From Eledone cirrhosa (lineage: Eukaryota): DNA of 64,000 nucleotides. The translations under genes were made by a program, and so were the position numbers. The notes beneath the pieces are model-generated. The model was not told where the DNA came from. It saw only the letters and a list, made by a program, of their open reading frames with translations, and made no database searches. Below, one piece after another: positions 55,658 to 64,000 of this stretch. Location: contig OZ024740.1 of the NCBI GenBank assembly GCA_964016885.1, forward strand, positions 191,208,001 to 191,272,000, given 5' to 3'. Every line of letters begins with the position of its first letter. Position 1 is the first letter of the stretch.

Positions 55658-57621
55658 CAGTTAGCGTCTGTTTGTATATATAGATATATACATATACCCA
55701 TATAGAAACATTTACATGACTGCCTTTGGCATCATAGTGTCGGATAAGAGGCATCATATTTCTGCAATAATGTGAAGAAATATTATTTCGGAGTAAATGA
55801 TGAATTCGGCCATCATTTAAAACTAAATGACTTTGTAATTATTTAAGATTAGTCACAATATTTTCAATGAGGAAAGACAATTTAAGAGGAAGTGGAAAAT
55901 GTTTGGCCTGATCAAAGAACCTAATGCAGAGCCAAGTTTATTCACACTAGCTATTACACGGTCGTAGAAATTGCTATCTTTGTTATGGCCGAAGGATGTA
56001 CAAAGCGCTAATTGAAGCAACATTTCCGATGTCTGGTCATTGTTTTAAATCTTTTGCTTTACTTTAAAGAGACTTTCTGGACCTACATTGCTTACGTTTT
56101 TGTCGCTTGTTTCTCTTGGAAGAATTGAAAGTAAATTGGTGTATTTCAACTTGGGAATTTAATATATATAAAGAATTACTCAGCATCTTCTCTTCAATTG
56201 TGCGTTTTGCCATGAACGCTGAACACAAACAACGGGTGTTGTTTCATGTCAAACACCGAATAAGAATTATAAGTGGGAGATGCTACGTTCTAGTGTGCTT
56301 TTCACGTTATCATAACTAGTGGTATGGTAGTGTGATATCGTTATCCAAGAATATCTAGTCAATGAATAATATCAAATGGCTGATCATATCACCAGAACGT
56401 CTGGGCCTAGCAAAAATGAATATATTGAACAAAAGCACATCTGACTTTGTTTCCAAGTAGCATCAGTGTTTTATGAAAACGTGTACAAGCATTAAAGTGC
56501 CGTTAGCGGAGCCTGTTTGTGAGACTATAATCAATTACTGGTAGAAGACAACCTCTGGGTGTACCCTGGCCAGCATGTACGGGAATAATCGAAGAATGTA
56601 CATATATTGGCTGGTAACTGACGTTTGAGAGGTACCTTTCTAATTTTGTGCGAAGTGTAATGCAAGATCTAAGAATCCCTTTCACAGGAGCTCTTAATAT
56701 GTGAACCAATGGGGAATATTCGTTGGTTCAAATTTTTGTGATAATTGTCAGTAATTTTCAAGTGTATATTTTTTGTATAACAGAACTATATTATATCTCA
56801 TCTTTTGTTTTATCAGCATTGTATTTGGGCCCCAATAGCTAATAGAAAAGAAATTCATTTAGGTGATGGTTTTGATATCGTTGCATTATTGCTAACGCTA
56901 ATTAATGGGAACCAATGATTTTTTCGTTATTGATCACGTAAAATATGGGCAACAAATTGATAATTCCACAGAGATGTATGGACATTTAAATATTCACAGA
57001 TGACTGCTGCTGTCATTTGATGTGAAGGCTAAATTGATAAAAGTACGTTGATTTAAATCTAAAGAATATGTCTAAATAGTTGATGTGACAAAACCACATT
57101 GAATATCGCCTTTACTCTATCTCTCTAACTTTGTTTCTTTATCTTCAATTGAATTTCAGAGCTGTTCGTTTAAGAGTGACAGTTCGGATTATTACGTTGA
57201 CATAGTAGAGCATGTGATCGGTAGATGAATATGGTCGTGGAAGTAGCTTGATAAAATTTCCTGTTGTCAAAATAAGTAATATTTATGGAAGAAACCTATT
57301 CATGCATATTTTGAATTCAATTGTTTCTCTTAGTCCTGACACATGGCTAGTGTTTTGTGTGACGAATTTACATTACTACATTCAACGAACGCAAGATTTA
57401 CGAGAGTCTGTTATCTAAAAACGTCTTCAATCCAGTTTTATTGTAAGCTCTGTCAGGTTATATGAGTATGCCGGATATTTTCTATCAGTAATCTATCTAT
57501 TTATGTTCTTTTATTCCGGAATACACGTATTAGTATGCTTTATGTCCGAAGAATTGATGTAAAGCGATTGTATATTTCATAAAGAAATAAAATCGTTTAA
57601 GGGGGATATATTTCCTGTTAT

Positions 57622-57752
57622 CTTTCTTCTTCTTCTCCTTCTTCTTCTTCTTCTTCTTCTTCTTCTTCTTCTTCTTCTTCTTCTTCTTCTTCTTCTTCTT
57701 CTTCTTCTTCTTCTTCTTCTTCTTCTTCTTCTTCGTCTTCTTCTTCTTCTTC
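57622..57752. repeat. (CTT)n microsatellite
   Basis: Directly visible; source of the poly-Lys ORF. Confidence 0.95.
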
Positions 57753-59622
57753 ATTGACGATTACGATGTTCGCAAAATATAATAAGGAGGGGAAGCCATT
57801 TCTTTAAAGGGAAATGTGATTTATATTTTCAAGCTATACATTTCAAGACAAGTCTTGCCATATCATGTCATTTATGTCGTCCAATGAATTTATTGCAAAT
57901 GATTGGTGATTACTTTAATTCTTCAGTTGCTAAATGAACTGAAGATACGATTCTATTTACAATTTCTTTTTACAATTGTTCTTTGGATTTCTTCCATTCT
58001 GTCTATCAGCAGTACCATTATATCTTTTATATTATTTGCTGGATCCATTAATCATGAAATCCAATGAAATAGTCATCTTATAAAATATCTGTTCAGTGAG
58101 CAGCACCATTCAGATACTGAAATCTTCCTTATGTTTTAATTGCATTTATTGGGGATAGTTTCATCGTACGGGGTGGCAGTTCATATGAGATATAATTTGG
58201 TGATAGTTATAGAACTATCTCTAATCTCGGAGTAACGTAACACAACAAAAGCTTTTTTTAAATCATTGAACTGCATTTATGAAACAACGTTACGATAGTT
58301 TTGATAACCACACGTCTCCTTAATATTTGATGAATTATAATAGTAACAACAATAACGTTTACAGAAGAAGAATGTAGAAATTTTAAGAAAATTAGAATAT
58401 CTCACGAATCGTTAATGTTTGCAATATATTTTAGGCGAATTTGCCTCCAACGGGGGCATTGAATTTGATTACAAGATACTCATATAACATGCTCTTTGTT
58501 GATTTCATGCTAATTTAGTATAAATAGATATTGTGATTATTTTAGCTGAAACACATCCTCTAGATATTTCCATTCGAAATAAATCTATTTTATCTGCGTC
58601 AGAAAATGGGAAATGAGATAATCATTTTCTATTTCTTACGCTTAGTTATGGTAATGTATTTTAGTATCCAATGAAGAATGCTATAAATATACATCATTAG
58701 TGGGTTATAGTTAGTGAAATGATGTATTTTCTTGAATTATATATATTTAGTTATATTTAAATTATTAATCTAAAATGCCTAGAGTATTGCTTCTAATCTG
58801 TTCTGTCGTTTATGTGTGTTTTACCGTGTCTAGTTCATTAATTCCAAATAATTTGTTAGACAGCGCTTGTGTAATTTTCAAATGGATGAATCTCTATCCA
58901 AAATGACATATTGGTAGTATATTAATTTCAATGTTTACTTGGAGTTTCGGTACTTTTTTACGAAACCTGTTATGCGCAGACATGTTTTAGCGTCATCACT
59001 GCAAAAGGTTTACGATATTGTCATATATTAACATCATGAAATTTAAGATAATATATGACTTCGATATATAGAAAAAGTGGATTGCTAGAGGTTAATCATA
59101 ATTGACTTTATGAACTGATGCTAAAAAATATCAAGAATGACGTTTTACAATATTTCCTATCCATTTCAATATTAATCATTAACATATCTGAGGATTGAGG
59201 AAATACCCAATGTAGGTAACGATGAGAATTTAATCTACTTTAATTCCTGTCGTTCATACTTAACTTATGATTACAATGTAATATATATAGCCATGTATAT
59301 AGGCTAATTAAATTTAAACAAACTAAAATGAAAATACTAGAAAAGAAATCCTTATTCATATAGTATATTTGTTTAATGTTTAAACAATTAAGAACATAAT
59401 TATGGCGTTTCGATTGACTGTCGTTTATTGGGAAAAGGAGATGCAGCAAGACGAGTGTATTATGTAAGAGATGGAATACGATTGAAAACAGACAAATCAA
59501 GGGAAAAATGGAACATAGAAAAGAAACGTTAATAACGTGCGTGTTCACATGTCAGCCATATTAGATAACATGGAATGAGGGAAAATAACTCGATTAGCAA
59601 CTTACATCAGTGTCATATTCTA

Positions 59623-59691
<69 letters not shown>

Positions 59692-59698
<7 letters not shown>

Positions 59699-60794
59699 TA
59701 ATATATGATAAACACTTACGTGTTTTTGTTGTAATTGACACTAAAATAGCTAGAATGAAATATCTTAATTCAAATACATATAGTCTGCCGCTGTCGATCT
59801 AAAAAATAATACATCAATACTCACAAACACATATCGGCAAAAGGCCTTGGTACCTAGACACGTTTAAATTACAAAATACAAAATTTTTCCGCAGATCAGT
59901 TCGAACTTCATATTTTAAACATGTTTCACAAATTTTGAAGTTCGGACAGATCTGCGGAAAAAGTTTGTATTTTGTAATTTAAACGTGTCTAGGTACCAAG
60001 GCCTTTTGCCGATATGTATTTGTGAGTATTGATTTATTATTTAATAGATCGACACAGGCAGACTATATGTAATTGAATTAAGATATTTCATTCTAGCTAT
60101 ATTATTGTCAATTGCAACAAAAACACGTAAGTGTTTATCATATATTAATTTATACTGCTCAGAAATGATTCTTAGAGCTAAAATAATTTTAAATGACCCC
60201 ATTGATTGTAAACTCTAAATTATATTATATTACTGCTCCCTCAGTTGAGCTGAATTTGTAATCCCATATAAACGGCTGTTATTTCTAGCACTATAGGTAT
60301 AGGAGGCTAGAGGACTGGAATAATTCGTGTGCAAAACCTCGTGTATTTTAGCTACGTTAACCAGACCTTACATATTTTTCCGAGGTGAAGTTACTTAATT
60401 TATCTGGGTACATATTGATAAACACAGAAAATTAATTATCTCACTACTAATTAATTAATTATTTCACTAATATACCATCATTTGTGAAACATGTTTAAAT
60501 TTGGAAGTTCGGACTGATCTGCGGAAAAAAGTTTGTATTTTGTAATTTAAACGTGTCTAGGTATCAATGCCTTTTGCCGATATGTGTTTATGAGTATTGA
60601 TTTATTATTTTTTAGATCGACACAGGCAGACTGTATGTATTTGAATTAAGATATTTCATTCTAGCTATGTTATTGTCAATTACAACAAACACACGTAAGT
60701 GTTTATCATATATTAATTTATACTGCTCAGAAATGATTCTTAGAGCTAAAATAATTGTAAATGACCCCATTGAGTGTAAACTCTAAATTATATT

Positions 60795-60797
<3 letters not shown>
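59692..60797. mobile_element. Inverted plus tandem pLTR-like triplication between (TA)n tracts
   Basis: 59692-59932 (-), 59934-60230 (+) and 60481-60797 (+) are copies of one sequence; the plus copies carry an extra ~80-nt tail. Confidence 0.8.
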
Positions 60798-60835
<38 letters not shown>

Positions 60836-60838
<3 letters not shown>

Positions 60839-62757
60839 ATTTCTAATCTATCTTCTAGTAAACTTATTGTTGATGCCAACGCCAATTATTATGATTAATG
60901 CGCTATCCAGAGCTGGTTATCCAGACATAATTAAATACACTAAATAAACCAACCTTGGCAGAACTTATAGTAATATAGATAGTTATAAGCATACCAATAA
61001 AGTAAAGAGGAGATCTAGATATAAAAATATTATCTGGTACAGCGCTCCATTCTCTCTTTCAATATTAGTAATATTCTTAACTTATCTTTTAGGGCGTTAG
61101 AAAATTGCTTCCCTCCTTCTCATACCTATAGTACAATGTTTAATAAGCATACCATTAGATTCTCTTATTAGACCACTTCTAACATTTCTAACCTTATCTC
61201 AAAGCACAATACTAAAATATTAAATAATAATGCATGTGATTTATAATAATATGACTTTAAGGCCCGACGTCAATATAAACTCTAGACAAGATAACGTAAA
61301 TATAAATACGACGTCAAACGTAATTTTGATGAATGCTTCTAATAATAATCTAAATCAGGAAACATTAGCACCTCCTTTAGATAATTCCACCAGTACAATT
61401 CCTATTATAAATAATCCTGGGCCACTTGCAAATAACTCTGTTAATAATATTAATCGTAAATGCAACTGCCCTAATAGAACTAAATGTCCTCTTTATAATT
61501 TCTGTCTAGATAAACATCTAGTATACGAATGTAAGGTTCTAACTAATGCCATTTATCATACCTACATTGGCTCTACTTTACTTCCTTTAAATCAAGACTA
61601 TATAAACATTCTTCCTCTTTTAAATATCCAATTAAAAGAACACACACTGAACTCTCAGAACTCATCTGGTCCTTAAAAGACAAAAACATTCATTACAGAA
61701 TTTATTGGCTTAAAATATGCAATGCTTCTCCATATTCTAACGCTTCCATATCTAGGGCTTGTAATTTATGTCTAGCTGCAACATTTACCATTATCTCGAA
61801 TTTCAACTCTATAATAGTTAGACGCACCGATTCAATTTCTCTCTGCATCCATACATCTTTTAAGTCATTTCACTAAGTATACAGCTAATAGCCTATATAT
61901 TATTCCATGATTAAGATTAAAAATGTTCTCACACATAAATATTTTTTTACAAAATAGTATTTTCTCACATATTTCAGTATATTCTCCAACGTTCTTAAAC
62001 ATCATTTGGTCAACTACTTTTTAAATCACTCTAGTAAATTCCTTTATCTACTTGGTGATACAAAATATTAATTAGATAGTTCATATTTAATGGTTCTTTA
62101 TATTATTTCTTCTCATTATTATATTTTTTAAGACGCTCTCTTTCCCCATTTATCACATCAATTTAATCAGTATAAACATTCGTTGATTTTGTAAACAAAT
62201 CATGATGTCATATGTATTTCTCTTTTCTACGCTTAAATAATTATAACATTTTCCTGTATTTACTTGTGGATTAATTTAATATTTAAATATTTAAATAGTT
62301 TTCCCACATATTATATTCCTTTATATATAATCTATAATATATGCTTTTATATATCATCTGTAATTTTTAATAGTAAACTTTTAATTTTTGACATTATCGG
62401 TCTACCCTTATTTATTTCCTTCTATACTTATATACTTTTTCACAGAAATATTTTTTCAGTTACATTCTATTTAAACAAACTAGGACATTATATCGTTTTC
62501 TACGCTTATAAATCATTTAATTTTATTTTACTTTATTTTATCTTATTTTATTTAATTTTATTAATACATTTTCACACCTCTTAGTATATAAACCCTAAAT
62601 AAATAATATACCTAGTTTCTATATCTGTAAACATAAACTTCATCAATCATAAACCTCATCAATTTTTATTTTATTTATTTATTAGTCGTATATATATTTT
62701 TTCCAGCCCTTATTCACATCTGTTTTTTCAGTTTTGACAGCGTTTCCAGTTTAAATG

Positions 62758-62847
<90 letters not shown>

Positions 62848-63164
62848 TTCTCCTTCTCTCTCCTCCTTCCTTCTTAAATTTTTCCTCCGTTATCTTCTCC
62901 TTATTTTTCCTTTTTTCCTCTTCCTTCCTTCTTTTTCCAATCATCTATATCATTTTATATTTATTTATCATATGTTGACTGGACACTTCTTTGTTCACAA
63001 GTGTTTTTTAGGCATCATATCATGTTACCTTATTTTATCTGATGAGAAAGCAACTACCGTCCCAGGTAGATATTTGCTTTTGAAATGCGCATAATAAAAT
63101 ATGTGGAACTTTTTTAACCATCTTTTACTTTCTTCTTATATATATATATATAATTTGTTATCCC

Positions 63165-63168
<4 letters not shown>
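60836..63168 (+). mobile_element. 5'-truncated Penelope-like element: RT thumb/linker, GIY-YIG remnant and 3' region with HHR
   Basis: ISNLSSS, KNIIWYSAPFS, FNKHTIRFSY, KCNCPNRTKCPLYNFCLDKHLVY, YIGST..FKSRLYKH, TELSELIWSLKD, CNLCL..CIH (to ~61877); (TA)n at both ends. Confidence 0.88.
63032..63100 (+). ncRNA. Type I hammerhead ribozyme (cleanest copy)
   Basis: attttat CTGATGA gaaagcaa-ctacc-gtccca-ggtag-atat-ttgctttt GAAA tgcgca TA ataaaat; 7-bp stem I, palindromic stem III ATGCGCAT. Confidence 0.85.
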
Positions 63169-63241
<73 letters not shown>

Positions 63242-63270
63242 CACATATATATATATATATATATATACAT

Positions 63271-63322
<52 letters not shown>

Positions 63323-63419
63323 TACTGGTACATTGCAATAGCATACCGAAAAAACAGTTATTTGTTTTCAAATGATAGCACGCTCGTGAAAATATCTGTA
63401 CATATCATTATATATATAA

Positions 63420-63940
63420 TTAATTAAAAGTTGGTTAGAAGCGAAGTCAATGCAGATAGGCAGACTTACAGACAGATATTGTAAGCGCGCGACGTTATAT
63501 CTAAGAATCTATCTAAAAGGACAGAGTAAGAAAGAGAGAGGAATGTCGTATTATATATATTATATATAATAAAGTACCAGTTATGTACTCCTCACTTTAC
63601 ATACGGCCGTCAGATTTATTAATATAGATAGAGATTGACAATAATAGAGACATTTAATCCATGATACGTTAAACAGAAGAACATATATAGAAACTGCAAA
63701 ATATATGAATCTTTATTTAAGCGATCACTAACCGGTAGTGTTGACATTTGAAAATTTTAAAGAATTGAAACTTCAAATAAACAATAACATATCTTTAATA
63801 AAGAATAACGAAACGTTGAACACTAAAATACCCTGACTTTCTTCCTTGGAAAATGTTACATCTACGGTGCAAATTTGGTGCCGTTTGGCCAAAAGCTTGT
63901 TGTATACATACATACGGTCGTCAGCGTTATTAATATATAT
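63420..63940 (-). mobile_element. Cluster of non-autonomous Helitron-like 5' ends
   Basis: 63420-63560 matches 40190-40323; minus-strand starts TCTATATTAATAAA (~63630) and atattaataacgctgacgaccgtatgt (~63935). Confidence 0.45.
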
Positions 63941-64000
63941 ATTATTATTATTATATATATATATATATTTCTATACTTGGGTAGGGTCATATTTGTGTAA

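Noticed and set aside
61450-61880. Selenocysteine-encoding PLE (reported for some Naiad elements)
   Set aside because: The conserved Cys positions checked here and at ~43.8 kb are TGC/TGT, with no in-frame TGA and no convincing SECIS.

Overview
Eukaryotic, AT-rich, microsatellite-dense DNA. The tRNA-derived SINE family and repeat content suggest an octopus or other coleoid cephalopod (inference). I found no intact host protein-coding gene; most ORF-track entries are (TA)n/(CA)n/(CT)n artefacts. The window is mainly decayed transposons: the 3' end of a Helitron (Pif1-like helicase remnant and terminal hairpin), about five Penelope-like retroelement (PLE) remnants with RT and/or GIY-YIG motifs, L1/Tx1-like LINE remnants, a Tc1/mariner transposase remnant, four SINEs, non-autonomous Helitron pieces and a 2.7-kb purine-rich satellite. 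The main signal is a series of non-coding fold-back or tandem elements from unrelated sequence families, sitting in (TA)n tracts. Most carry a minimal type I hammerhead ribozyme (HHR) core (CUGANGA...GAAA...UH), usually with a palindromic stem III: about 10 near-canonical and about 8 degenerate or partial copies. A separate tandem family at about 28.3/28.9 kb and 41.2/41.8 kb carries the three HHR core segments in reversed order, with a covarying helix. All structures and alignments were read by eye, and boundaries are approximate.
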